From: Escherichia phage JB01
Sequence record: MW074885
Reading direction: 5' to 3' (one strand)
DNA: 39,355 nt
In this document: positions 31,597 through 39,355 of the stretch, in pieces
How positions within the stretch are numbered: position 1 is the first letter of the stretch
Layout: each line of letters begins with the position of its first letter
Notes under the pieces: model-generated
What the model saw: only the letters and a program-made list of their open reading frames with translations
What the model was told of the DNA's origin: nothing
Database searches by the model: none
Position numbers and translations under genes: made by a program

Positions 31597-31766
31597 TCTC
31601 ACAGTGTACGGACCCAAAGTTCCCCCATAGGGGTACCTAAAGCCCAGCCAATCACCTAAAGTTACCTTTCGGTTGACCTTGAGGGTCCCTAAGGGTTGGG
31701 GTTTACCTTTGAGTGGGACTTTGGGTTTACCTTTGAGTGTTACCTTGAGTGTCTCTATGTGTCCCT
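31597..31766. repeat. direct terminal repeat region (single collapsed copy at the genome-end junction)
   Basis: begins tctcacagtgtacgga and ends gtgtccct, matching the T7 terminal-repeat boundaries as I recall them; contains internal direct repeat gggtttacctttgagtg x2. Confidence 0.5.
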
Positions 31767-31779
31767 ATCTGTTACAGTC

Positions 31780-31842
31780 TCCTAAAGTCACCTCCTAAAG
31801 TCACCTCCTAAAGTCACCTCCTAAAGTCACCTCCTAACGTCC
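31780..31842. repeat. 13-bp tandem array tcctaaagtcacc x4 plus a degenerate fifth copy
   Basis: perfect copies at 31780, 31793, 31806, 31819; part of the cctaaag-rich left-end repeat region. Confidence 0.85.
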
Positions 31843-32020
31843 TTCCTAAAGCCTACACCTAAAGACACCATCAAGTCAATGCCTATCTTAAAGTATAGAC
31901 CTAAAGACCATTCCTAAAGACCAGACCTAAAGACACTACATAAAGACCATACCTAAAGACGCCTTGTTGTTAGCCATAAAGGGATAATCTTCAATCATTG
32001 TCTTTAACCATTGTCTTTAT

Positions 32021-32043
32021 TAATACGACTCACTATAGAGAGA
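32021..32043 (+). promoter_or_regulatory. phage RNAP promoter phiOL-like
   Basis: taatacgactcactatagagaga preceded by the duplicated cattgtcttta motif. Confidence 0.75.
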
Positions 32044-32097
32044 CTACTTAAAGAGTCCTTAAAGATGGATTAATTTAAAGATTTATTAAAAAGAGTA

Positions 32098-32126
32098 TTG
32101 ACTTTAAGTCTAACCTATAGGATACT
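32098..32126 (+). promoter_or_regulatory. host sigma70 early promoter A1
   Basis: -35 TTGACT (32098-32103), 17-nt spacer, -10 GATACT (32121-32126). Confidence 0.8.
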
Positions 32127-32223
32127 TTGAGCCATCGAGAGGGACACGGTGAATAGCCATCCTAATCGACACCGGGTCAAACGGTTAAGTAGACAGCCTG
32201 ATAAGTCGTATGAAAAACAGGTA

Positions 32224-32253
32224 TTGACAACATGAAGTAACATGAAGTAAGAT
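32224..32253 (+). promoter_or_regulatory. host sigma70 early promoter A2
   Basis: -35 TTGACA (32224-32229), 18-nt spacer, -10 TAAGAT (32248-32253). Confidence 0.75.
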
Positions 32254-32334
32254 ACACAACGTAGCGTCAACCACTGACACGGTGTCTTCTAGGTGACTTA
32301 AGCGCACCACGGCACATAAAGTGAAACAAAACGG

Positions 32335-32363
32335 TTGACAACATGAAGTAAACACGGTACGAT
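32335..32363 (+). promoter_or_regulatory. host sigma70 early promoter A3
   Basis: -35 TTGACA (32335-32340), 17-nt spacer, -10 TACGAT (32358-32363). Confidence 0.75.
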
Positions 32364-32469
32364 GTACCACATGAAACGACAGTGAGTCACCACACTGAAA
32401 GGTGATGCGGTCTAACGAAACCTGACCAAAGACGCTCTTTAACAATCTGGTAAATAGCTCTTGAGTGCA

Positions 32470-32520
32470 TAGATAGTGGATAACTCAAGGGTATCGCAAG
32501 GTGCCCTTTATGATATTCAC
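32470..32520 (+). promoter_or_regulatory. RNase III-type processing site, copy 1 (R0.3-like)
   Basis: gataactcaagggtatcgcaaggtgccctttatgatattcac; core at 32483-32508 repeated at 32837-32862. Confidence 0.5.
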
Positions 32521-32545
32521 TTAACTACTAAAGGAATCACACACA

Positions 32546-32830
32546 ATGCGCTTAAGTAAAGAGACAGCAATAGCTATGCGTCAAGCAATCAAATCCAGAG
32601 CAGCTCACAACGTGGGAGGTCTTGGGGATGTTGTACGGACGTATAAAGCTAAAGGTCTAACATTCCGCCGCTTTATGTGGGACTGTTTCCACGCTGTAGG
32701 CTTTAACGAGACAACCCGAATAATCGCTGAGCATAACACGGTGACAGTGATTGGAGGGCATATAACAGATGTGAACGATGCACACATTGAGACAATGCTC
32801 AAGGTTGCACTTAAAGACTTGAAATATTAG
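32546..32830 (+). CDS. hypothetical early protein upstream of ocr (no T7 counterpart)
   Basis: 94-aa ORF, ATG at 32546; first gene after A1-A3; flanked by duplicated processing-site element; no family recognised. Confidence 0.7.
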   Translation: MRLSKETAIAMRQAIKSRAAHNVGGLGDVVRTYKAKGLTFRRFMWDCFHAVGFNETTRIIAEHNTVTVIGGHITDVNDAHIETMLKVALKDLKY

Positions 32831-32876
32831 TGATAAACTCAAGGGTATCGCAAGGTGCCCTTCATGATTATCATTG
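32826..32876 (+). promoter_or_regulatory. RNase III-type processing site, copy 2 (R0.3-like)
   Basis: gtgataaactcaagggtatcgcaaggtgcccttcatgattatcat; near-identical to copy 1. Confidence 0.5.
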
Positions 32877-32903
32877 ATTAACAACACTATGAGGTGACAC
32901 AAG

Positions 32904-33254
32904 ATGGCTATGTCTAACATGACTTACAACAACGTTTTCGACCACGCTTACGAAATGCTGAAAGAAAACATCCGTTATGATGACATCCGCGACACTGATG
33001 ACCTGCATGATGCTATTCACATGGCTGCCGATAATGCAGTTCCGCACTACTACGCTGACATCTTTAGCGTAATGGCAAGCGAGGGCATTGACCTTGAGTT
33101 CGAAGACTCTGGTCTTATGCCGGACACCAAGGACGTAATCCGCATCCTGCAAGCTCGCATCTATGAGCAACTCACGATTGACCTCTGGGAAGACGCTGAG
33201 GACTTACTGAACGAGTACCTTGAGGAAGTCGAGGAAGAGGAAGAGGAATTATAA
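32904..33254 (+). CDS. ocr: gp0.3 Ocr DNA-mimic anti-restriction protein
   Basis: 116 aa [27 protein letters not shown]..., highly acidic with [10 protein letters not shown] tail. Confidence 0.93.
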
Positions 33255-33256
33255 TC

Positions 33257-33397
33257 ATGGTCAAGTATGGTCTAACAAAAGAGATGATTCAGACGTACCG
33301 CGTAGCGATGGCTTATGGTGCTTCTTTCGGGTACTGCATGGCACAATTAGCACAGACATATCGAGCACGCAAAGCGATGTACGGTAATAGTAAGTGA
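33257..33397 (+). CDS. gp0.4-like small early protein (possible FtsZ inhibitor homolog)
   Basis: 46-aa ORF directly after ocr; weak resemblance to T7 gp0.4 (..GYCMAQLAQTY..); below the ORF-track cutoff. Confidence 0.5.
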   Translation: MVKYGLTKEMIQTYRVAMAYGASFGYCMAQLAQTYRARKAMYGNSK

Positions 33398-33445
33398 TAG
33401 ACTCAAGGTCGCTCCTAGCGAGTGGCCTTTATGATTATCATTCTA
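33398..33445 (+). promoter_or_regulatory. RNase III-type processing hairpin (R0.5-like)
   Basis: actcaaggtcgctcctagcgagtggcctttatgat: inverted repeat cgctc/gagcg with the shared flanks. Confidence 0.45.
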
Positions 33446-33459
33446 TGAGGATTAAACGC

Positions 33460-33630
33460 ATGACGACTGGAATCATTATGGCAACCTTTGCAGTAATCGT
33501 AGCTATGGGATGGCGTAGCGCTGCGTTGGAGCGCTCAAAGTTCCTTAAGCAACGTGATGCACTGCTCGCTAAGTTGGACGCTGAGGGGCGCGGTAAGGAA
33601 GCTCTGGAGGCAATAAAGTGCTATCGCTAA
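33460..33630 (+). CDS. 0.5: gp0.5-like small membrane protein
   Basis: 56 aa from ATG at 33460 (MTTGIIMATFAVIVAMGW...); ORF-track start at 33394 lies inside the hairpin. Confidence 0.65.
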   Translation: MTTGIIMATFAVIVAMGWRSAALERSKFLKQRDALLAKLDAEGRGKEALEAIKCYR

Positions 33631-33815
33631 TTATCATCACTGGTTACGCTCTAATCCTATACGTGTTCCTTAGAGACTTCCGCAAGGGTATAAAGGTCCA
33701 CAAAGCAACGCTAAGTTACTTTAAATACGGATTCCTACCACGGTTTACGGTACGTGAGCACAACGGGCGCTTTAAGGCGAACAAAGTAGGCATCTTTTAC
33801 GTAGCAACTAATTAA
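33618..33815 (+). CDS. hypothetical small membrane protein at the gene 0.6 position
   Basis: 65 aa, GTG start with ggagg SD; N-terminal TM segment [17 protein letters not shown]; not like T7 0.6 as I recall it. Confidence 0.5.
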   Translation: MLSLIIITGYALILYVFLRDFRKGIKVHKATLSYFKYGFLPRFTVREHNGRFKANKVGIFYVATN

Positions 33816-33837
33816 TCACACTTGGAGAATACATAAA

Positions 33838-34917
33838 GTGAACATCACCGACATCATGAACGCTATCGACGCAATCAAAGCACTGCCAATCTGTGAACTC
33901 GACAAGCGTCAAGGTATGCTTATCGACTTACTGGTCGAGATGGTCAATAGTGAAACATGCGATGGCGAGTTAACCGAACTAAATCAGGCACTTGAATATC
34001 AAGATTGGTGGACTACCTTGAAGTTCCTAACGGCTGACGCAGGGTTCGAGATGCTCGGTAATGGTCACTTCTCTGCTGCTTACAGTCACCCGCTGCTACC
34101 TAACAGAGTGATTAAGGTTGGCTTTAAGAAAGAGGACTCAGGCGCTGCGTATACTGCATTCTGCCGCATGTATCAAGGTCGTGCCGGTATTCCTAACATC
34201 TACGATGTACAGCGCCACGCTGGATGTTATACGGTGGTACTCGATGCACTGAATGATTGTGAGCGTTACGACAACGATGAGCATTATAAGTATGCTGAGA
34301 TTGCAAGCGACATCATTGACTTCAAATCAGATGTGCACGATGGGTTGACTGGGTGGGATGGTGAGTTCGTCGAGACTTGCAAACTAATCCGCAAGTTCTT
34401 TGAGGGTATCGCTTCATTCGACATGCACAGCGGTAACATTATGTTCTCAAATGGGGACGTACCGTACATTACCGACCCAGTGTCATTCTCGCAGAAGAAA
34501 GACGGCGGTGCATTCAGTATTGACCCTGAGGAACTCATCAAGGAAGTCGAGGAAGTCGCACGACAGAAAGAAATTGACCGCGCTAAGGAACGTAAAGCAC
34601 GCCACGAGTGGCGCTTAGAGGCACGAAGAATGAAACGCCGGAACCGCAAGGCGCGTAAAGCTCACAAAGCAAAGCACGAGAGAATGCTTGCTGCGTGGCG
34701 CTGGGATGAACGTCAAGAACGACGTAACCATGAGGTAGCTGTAGATGTGTTAGGAAGGACTAATAACGCTATGCTCTGGGTCAACATGTTCGTTAAGGAC
34801 TTTAAGGCGCTTGAGGAACGAATTGCAGCACACTGGCGCTGCGCTGACAGGATGGCTATTGCTAACGGTCATGCCCTCAACATCGATAAGCAACTTGACG
34901 CAATGCTAATGGGCTGA
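33838..34917 (+). CDS. 0.7: gp0.7 serine/threonine protein kinase / host transcription shutoff
   Basis: 359 aa, GTG start; [26 protein letters not shown]..., as T7 gp0.7. Confidence 0.95.
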   Translation: MNITDIMNAIDAIKALPICELDKRQGMLIDLLVEMVNSETCDGELTELNQALEYQDWWTTLKFLTADAGFEMLGNGHFSAAYSHPLLPNRVIKVGFKKEDSGAAYTAFCRMYQGRAGIPNIYDVQRHAGCYTVVLDALNDCERYDNDEHYKYAEIASDIIDFKSDVHDGLTGWDGEFVETCKLIRKFFEGIASFDMHSGNIMFSNGDVPYITDPVSFSQKKDGGAFSIDPEELIKEVEEVARQKEIDRAKERKARHEWRLEARRMKRRNRKARKAHKAKHERMLAAWRWDERQERRNHEVAVDVLGRTNNAMLWVNMFVKDFKALEERIAAHWRCADRMAIANGHALNIDKQLDAMLMG

Positions 34918-34970
34918 TAGTCTTATCTTACAGGTCATCTGACTGAGGGTGGCCTGAATAGATACGATTT
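34918..34970 (+). promoter_or_regulatory. RNase III-type processing site (R1-like)
   Basis: tcttatcttacaggtcatctgactgagggtggcctgaatagatacgattt between 0.7 and gene 1. Confidence 0.45.
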
Positions 34971-34991
34971 ACTAACCGGAAGAGGCACTAA

Positions 34992-37643
34992 ATGAACACG
35001 ATTAACATCGCTAAGAACGACTTCTCTGACATCGAACTTGCTGCTATCCCGTTCAACACTCTGGCTGACCATTACGGTGAGCGTTTAGCTCGCGAGCAGT
35101 TGGCCCTTGAGCATGAGTCTTACGAGATGGGTGAAGCACGCTTCCGCAAGCTGTTTGAGCGTCAACTTAAAGCTGGTGAGGTTGCGGATAACGCTGCCGC
35201 CAAGCCTCTCATCACTACCCTTCTCCCTAAGATGATTGCACGCATCAACGATTGGTTTGAGGAAGTGAAAGCTAAGCGCGGCAAACGCCCGACAGCCTTC
35301 CAGTTCCTGCAAGAAATTAAGCCGGAAGCTGTAGCGTACATCACCATTAAGACCACTCTGGCTTGCCTCACTAGCGTAGACAATACAACAGTTCAGGCTG
35401 TAGCGAGTGCAATCGGTCGGGCCATTGAGGATGAGGCGCGCTTCGGTCGTATCCGTGACCTTGAAGCTAAGCACTTCAAGAAAAACGTTGAGGAACAACT
35501 CAACAAGCGCGTAGGCCACGTCTACAAGAAAGCGTTTATGCAGGTTGTCGAAGCTGACATGCTCTCTAAGGGTCTACTTGGTGGCGAGGCATGGTCTTCG
35601 TGGCATAAGGAAGACTCCATTCACGTTGGGGTGCGCTGCATTGAGATGCTCATTGAGTCAACCGGAATGGTTAACTTACACCGCCAAAACGCTGGCGTAG
35701 TAGGGCAAGACTCTGAGACTATCGAACTCGCACCGGAATACGCTGAGGCTATCGCAACCCGTGCAGGAGCACTGGCTGGTATCTCTCCGATGTTCCAACC
35801 TTGCGTAGTTCCTCCTAAGCCGTGGACTGGTATTACTGGTGGCGGATATTGGGCCAACGGTCGCCGTCCTCTGGCGCTGGTACGTACCCACAGCAAGAAA
35901 GCACTGATGCGCTACGAAGACGTTTACATGCCTGAGGTGTACAAAGCGATTAACATTGCGCAAAACACCGCATGGAAAATCAACAAGAAAGTCCTAGCGG
36001 TCGCCAACGTAATCACCAAGTGGAAGCACTGCCCAGTAGAGGACATCCCAGCGATTGAGCGTGAAGAACTCCCGATGAAACCGGAAGACATCGACACGAA
36101 TCCTGAGGCGCTCACCGCTTGGAAGCGTGCTGCCGCTGCTGTGTACCGCAAGGACAAGGCTCGCAAGTCTCGCCGTATCAGCCTTGAGTTCATGCTTGAG
36201 CAAGTCAACAAGTTCGCTAACCATAAGGCCATCTGGTTCCCTTACAACATGGACTGGCGCGGTCGTGTTTACGCTGTGTCAATGTTCAACCCGCAAGGTA
36301 ACGACATGACCAAGGGTCTACTGACACTGGCGAAAGGTAAGCCAATCGGTAAGGAAGGTTACTACTGGTTGAAGATTCACGGTGCAAACTGTGCGGGTGT
36401 CGATAAGGTTCCGTTCCCTGAGCGCATCAAGTTCATTGAGGAAAACCACGAGAACATCATGGCTTGCGCCAAGTCTCCACTGGAGAACACTTGGTGGGCT
36501 GAGCAGGACTCTCCATTCTGCTTCCTAGCGTTCTGCTTTGAATACGCTGGGGTACAGCACCACGGATTAAGCTACAACTGCTCTCTTCCGCTGGCTTTCG
36601 ATGGGTCTTGCTCTGGTATTCAGCACTTCTCCGCGATGCTACTCGATGAGGTAGGTGGTCGTGCGGTTAACCTGCTGCCTAGTTCAACAGTTCAGGACAT
36701 CTACGGGATTGTCGCTAAGAAAGTAAATGTGATTCTGCAAGAAGACGTAATCAACGGGACCGACAACGAAGTAGTTACCGTGACCGATGAGAACACTGGC
36801 GAAATCTCTGAGAAAGTCAAGCTGGGCACTAAGGCATTGGCTGGTCAGTGGTTGGCTTACGGTGTTACTCGTAGCGTGACTAAGCGTTCAGTCATGACGC
36901 TGGCTTACGGGTCCAAAGAGTTCGGCTTCCGTCAACAAGTGCTGGAAGATACCATTCAGCCAGCTATTGATTCCGGTAAAGGTCTGATGTTCACTCAACC
37001 GAATCAGGCTGCTGGATACATGGCGAAACTGATTTGGGAAGCTGTGAGCGTCACGGTAGTAGCTGCGGTTGAAGCAATGAACTGGCTTAAGTCTGCTGCT
37101 AAGCTGCTTGCTGCTGAGGTCAAAGATAAGAAGACTGGAGAGATTCTACGCAAGCGTTGCGCTGTACATTGGGTTACTCCTGATGGGTTCCCTGTGTGGC
37201 AGGAATACAAGAAGCCAATCCAGACTCGCTTGAACCTGATGTTCCTCGGTCAGTTCCGCTTACAGCCGACCATTAACACCAACAAAGATAGCGAGATTGA
37301 CGCGCACAAGCAGGAGTCCGGTATAGCTCCTAACTTTGTACACAGCCAAGACGGTAGCCACCTGCGTAAGACTGTAGTGTGGGCACACGAGAAGTACGGA
37401 ATCGAATCTTTTGCACTGATTCACGACTCCTTCGGGACCATTCCGGCTGACGCTGCTAACCTGTTCAAAGCGGTGCGAGAAACTATGGTTGACACCTATG
37501 AGTCTTGTGATGTACTGGCTGACTTCTATGAACAGTTCGCAGACCAGTTGCATGAGTCTCAATTGGATAAAATGCCAGCACTTCCGGCTAAGGGTAACTT
37601 GAATCTCCAAGACATCCTTAAGTCAGACTTCGCGTTCGCCTAA
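34992..37643 (+). CDS. 1: gp1 single-subunit DNA-dependent RNA polymerase
   Basis: 883 aa, near-identical to T7 RNAP as I recall it; motifs DGSCSGIQHFSA and HDSFGT; ends FAFA. Confidence 0.98.
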   Translation: MNTINIAKNDFSDIELAAIPFNTLADHYGERLAREQLALEHESYEMGEARFRKLFERQLKAGEVADNAAAKPLITTLLPKMIARINDWFEEVKAKRGKRPTAFQFLQEIKPEAVAYITIKTTLACLTSVDNTTVQAVASAIGRAIEDEARFGRIRDLEAKHFKKNVEEQLNKRVGHVYKKAFMQVVEADMLSKGLLGGEAWSSWHKEDSIHVGVRCIEMLIESTGMVNLHRQNAGVVGQDSETIELAPEYAEAIATRAGALAGISPMFQPCVVPPKPWTGITGGGYWANGRRPLALVRTHSKKALMRYEDVYMPEVYKAINIAQNTAWKINKKVLAVANVITKWKHCPVEDIPAIEREELPMKPEDIDTNPEALTAWKRAAAAVYRKDKARKSRRISLEFMLEQVNKFANHKAIWFPYNMDWRGRVYAVSMFNPQGNDMTKGLLTLAKGKPIGKEGYYWLKIHGANCAGVDKVPFPERIKFIEENHENIMACAKSPLENTWWAEQDSPFCFLAFCFEYAGVQHHGLSYNCSLPLAFDGSCSGIQHFSAMLLDEVGGRAVNLLPSSTVQDIYGIVAKKVNVILQEDVINGTDNEVVTVTDENTGEISEKVKLGTKALAGQWLAYGVTRSVTKRSVMTLAYGSKEFGFRQQVLEDTIQPAIDSGKGLMFTQPNQAAGYMAKLIWEAVSVTVVAAVEAMNWLKSAAKLLAAEVKDKKTGEILRKRCAVHWVTPDGFPVWQEYKKPIQTRLNLMFLGQFRLQPTINTNKDSEIDAHKQESGIAPNFVHSQDGSHLRKTVVWAHEKYGIESFALIHDSFGTIPADAANLFKAVRETMVDTYESCDVLADFYEQFADQLHESQLDKMPALPAKGNLNLQDILKSDFAFA

Positions 37644-37651
37644 CGTCAAAT

Positions 37652-37674
37652 TAATACGACTCACTATAGAGGGG
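37652..37674 (+). promoter_or_regulatory. phage RNAP promoter phi1.1A
   Basis: taatacgactcactatagagggg. Confidence 0.85.
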
Positions 37675-37722
37675 ACAAACTCAAGGTCATTCGCAAGAGT
37701 GGCCTTTATGATTGACCTTCTT
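37675..37722 (+). promoter_or_regulatory. RNase III-type processing hairpin (R1.1-like)
   Basis: actcaaggtcattcgcaagagtggcctttatgat. Confidence 0.45.
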
Positions 37723-37727
37723 CCGGT

Positions 37728-37750
37728 TAATACGACTCACTATAGGAGAA
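37728..37750 (+). promoter_or_regulatory. phage RNAP promoter phi1.1B
   Basis: taatacgactcactataggagaa. Confidence 0.85.
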
Positions 37751-37828
37751 CCTTAAGGTTTAACTTTAAGACCCTTAAGTGTTAATTAAAGATTTAAATT
37801 AAAGAATTACTAAGAGAGGACTTTAAGT
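37751..37828 (+). other. AT-rich region downstream of phi1.1A/B: candidate primary replication origin
   Basis: about 75% A+T stretch (ttaactttaag..ttaattaaagatttaaattaaagaatt) in the position of the T7 primary origin. Confidence 0.4.
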
Positions 37829-37957
37829 ATGCGTAACTTCGAAAAGATGACCAAACGTTCTAACCGTAACGCTAATGACTTCGAGGCAACCAAAGGTCGC
37901 AAGCTGAATAAGACTAAGCGTGACCGTTCGCATAAACGTAGCTGGGAGGGTCAGTAA
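37829..37957 (+). CDS. 1.1: gp1.1 small basic protein
   Basis: 42 aa MRNFEKMTKRSNRNANDFEATKGRKLNKTKRDRSHKRSWEGQ; below the ORF-track cutoff. Confidence 0.8.
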   Translation: MRNFEKMTKRSNRNANDFEATKGRKLNKTKRDRSHKRSWEGQ

Positions 37958-37958
37958 G

Positions 37959-38216
37959 ATGGGACGCTTATACAGTGGGAACCTGAATGACTTCAAGGCT
38001 GCTTGCAACAGGCTCTACCAGTTGGACTTCGCGGTAATTTATGAGTGCTGGTACGATGCTTACAAACGAACGGAGTGCATTCGGCTACGTGTAGAAGACA
38101 GGTCTGGAAATCTGATTGATACCAATACGTTCTGTCACCATGATGAGGACGTCTTGTACAATACGTGTACTGAATGGCTGAACCGTATGTACGACCAGTT
38201 GAAGGACTGGAAGTAA
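37959..38216 (+). CDS. 1.2: gp1.2 dGTPase inhibitor
   Basis: 85 aa from ATG at 37959 (MGRLYSGNL...DQLKDWK); ORF-track upstream start rejected. Confidence 0.88.
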   Translation: MGRLYSGNLNDFKAACNRLYQLDFAVIYECWYDAYKRTECIRLRVEDRSGNLIDTNTFCHHDEDVLYNTCTEWLNRMYDQLKDWK

Positions 38217-38236
38217 TACGACTCACTAAAGGGACA
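38214..38236 (+). promoter_or_regulatory. phage RNAP promoter phi1.3
   Basis: taatacgactcactaaagggaca overlapping the 1.2 stop. Confidence 0.85.
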
Positions 38237-38280
38237 ATGCTTAAGGTCGCTCATTGAGTGGCCTTAGTCATTTAACCAAT
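38237..38280 (+). promoter_or_regulatory. RNase III-type processing hairpin (R1.3-like)
   Basis: cttaaggtcgctcattgagtggccttagtcat. Confidence 0.45.
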
Positions 38281-38294
38281 AGGAGATAAACACT

Positions 38295-39317
38295 ATGATG
38301 AACATTAAGACCAACCCATTTAAAGCCGTGTCTTTCGTAGAGTCTGCCATTAAGAAGGCTCTGGATAACGCTGGGTATCTTATAGCTGACATCAAGTACG
38401 ATGGTGTGCGTGGTAACATCTGCGTAGACAATACTGCTAACAGTTGCTGGCTCTCTCGTGTATCTAAAACGATTCCGGCACTGGAGCACTTAAACGGATT
38501 TGATGTTCGCTGGAAGCGTCTGCTGAGCGATGACCGCTGCTTCTACAAAGATGGCTTTATGCTTGATGGGGAACTCATGGTCAAAGGCGTAGACTTCAAC
38601 ACTGGGTCCGGCCTACTGCGTACCAAATGGACTGACACGAAGAACCAAGAGTTCCACGAAGAGTTGTTCGTTGAGCCAGTCCGTAAGAAAGATAAAGTTC
38701 CCTTTAAGCTGCACACTGGACACCTTCACGTAAAACTGTACGCTATCCTCCCGCTGCACATCGTAGAGTCTGGAGAAGACCATGATGTCATGACGTTGCT
38801 CATGCAGGAACACGTTAAGAACATGCTGCCTCTGCTACAGGAATACTTTCCTGAAATCGAATGGCAAGCGGCTGAATCTTACGAGGTCTACGATATGGTA
38901 GAACTACAGCAACTGTACGAGAAGAAGCGTGAAGAAGGACATGAGGGTCTCATCGTGAAAGACCCGATGTGTATCTACAAGCGCGGTAAGAAGTCCGGCT
39001 GGTGGAAACTTAAGCCAGAGAACGAAGCTGACGGTATCATTCAGGGTATTGTGTGGGGAACCGAAGGTTTAGCAAATGAAGGTAAAGTAATCGGATTTGA
39101 GGTGCTTCTTGAGAGTGGTCGTGTAGTTAACGCCACAAACATCTCTCGCGCCTTAATGGATGAATTTACCAACACAGTTAACATTGAAGGTGAAACCTAC
39201 TACAATGGACACGCTTGTCAGATTGCGTACATGGAGGAAACACCTGATGGCTCCCTGCGGCACCCATCGTTCGTAATGTTCCGTGGCACCGAGGATAATC
39301 CTCAAGAGAAAATGTAA
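38295..39317 (+). CDS. 1.3: gp1.3 ATP-dependent DNA ligase
   Basis: 340 aa; adenylation motif KYDGVRG; T7 ligase-like but about 19 aa shorter near the C-terminal third. Confidence 0.93.
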   Translation: MMNIKTNPFKAVSFVESAIKKALDNAGYLIADIKYDGVRGNICVDNTANSCWLSRVSKTIPALEHLNGFDVRWKRLLSDDRCFYKDGFMLDGELMVKGVDFNTGSGLLRTKWTDTKNQEFHEELFVEPVRKKDKVPFKLHTGHLHVKLYAILPLHIVESGEDHDVMTLLMQEHVKNMLPLLQEYFPEIEWQAAESYEVYDMVELQQLYEKKREEGHEGLIVKDPMCIYKRGKKSGWWKLKPENEADGIIQGIVWGTEGLANEGKVIGFEVLLESGRVVNATNISRALMDEFTNTVNIEGETYYNGHACQIAYMEETPDGSLRHPSFVMFRGTEDNPQEKM

Positions 39318-39320
39318 TCA

Positions 39321-39355
39321 CACTGGCTCACCTTAGGGTTGGCCTTTCTGCGTTC
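39321..39355 (+). terminator. early terminator TE-like hairpin (truncated by window end)
   Basis: ggctcacc ttag ggttggcc imperfect stem followed by tttctgcgtt, immediately after the ligase stop. Confidence 0.45.

Noticed and set aside
31780-31842. Short tandem repeat array that might be mistaken for a CRISPR array
   Set aside because: 13-bp units with no spacers and no cas genes; it is the left-end short-repeat region typical of T7-like genomes.

Overview
This window is an essentially complete genome of a T7-like podovirus (Autographiviridae, T7/Teseptimavirus-type), circularly permuted so that the window runs gene 1.6 -> gene 19.5 -> genome-end/terminal-repeat junction -> early genes 0.3-1.3. 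All genes are on the + strand. I see 16 complete and 1 partial phage-RNAP promoters of the TAATACGACTCACTATAGGGAGA family, three tandem host sigma70 promoters (A1-A3), RNase III-type processing hairpins, the Tphi terminator and a partial early terminator. Comparison with T7 is from my memory of the T7 sequence, not from a search. Core proteins look near-identical to T7 (RNAP, DNA polymerase, primase-helicase, capsid, portal, terminase, internal core proteins). The differences worth attention are: (1) a 94-aa ORF of unknown function inserted as the first early gene upstream of ocr, flanked by a duplicated ~26-nt RNase III-site core; (2) two free-standing HNH homing endonuclease genes at positions not occupied in T7 (after promoter phi4.3, and between gene 19 and phiOR), while T7 genes 2.8, 3.8, 5.3 and 7.7 are absent; (3) a tail fiber with a T7-like N-terminal half but an unrelated C-terminal receptor-binding region, followed by an extra 127-aa ORF before the holin; (4) a different small membrane-type protein at the gene 0.6 position; (5) an expanded 13-bp tandem array next to the terminal repeat. 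The novel early ORF is my best candidate for an undescribed function (possibly anti-defence), but that is inference from position only.
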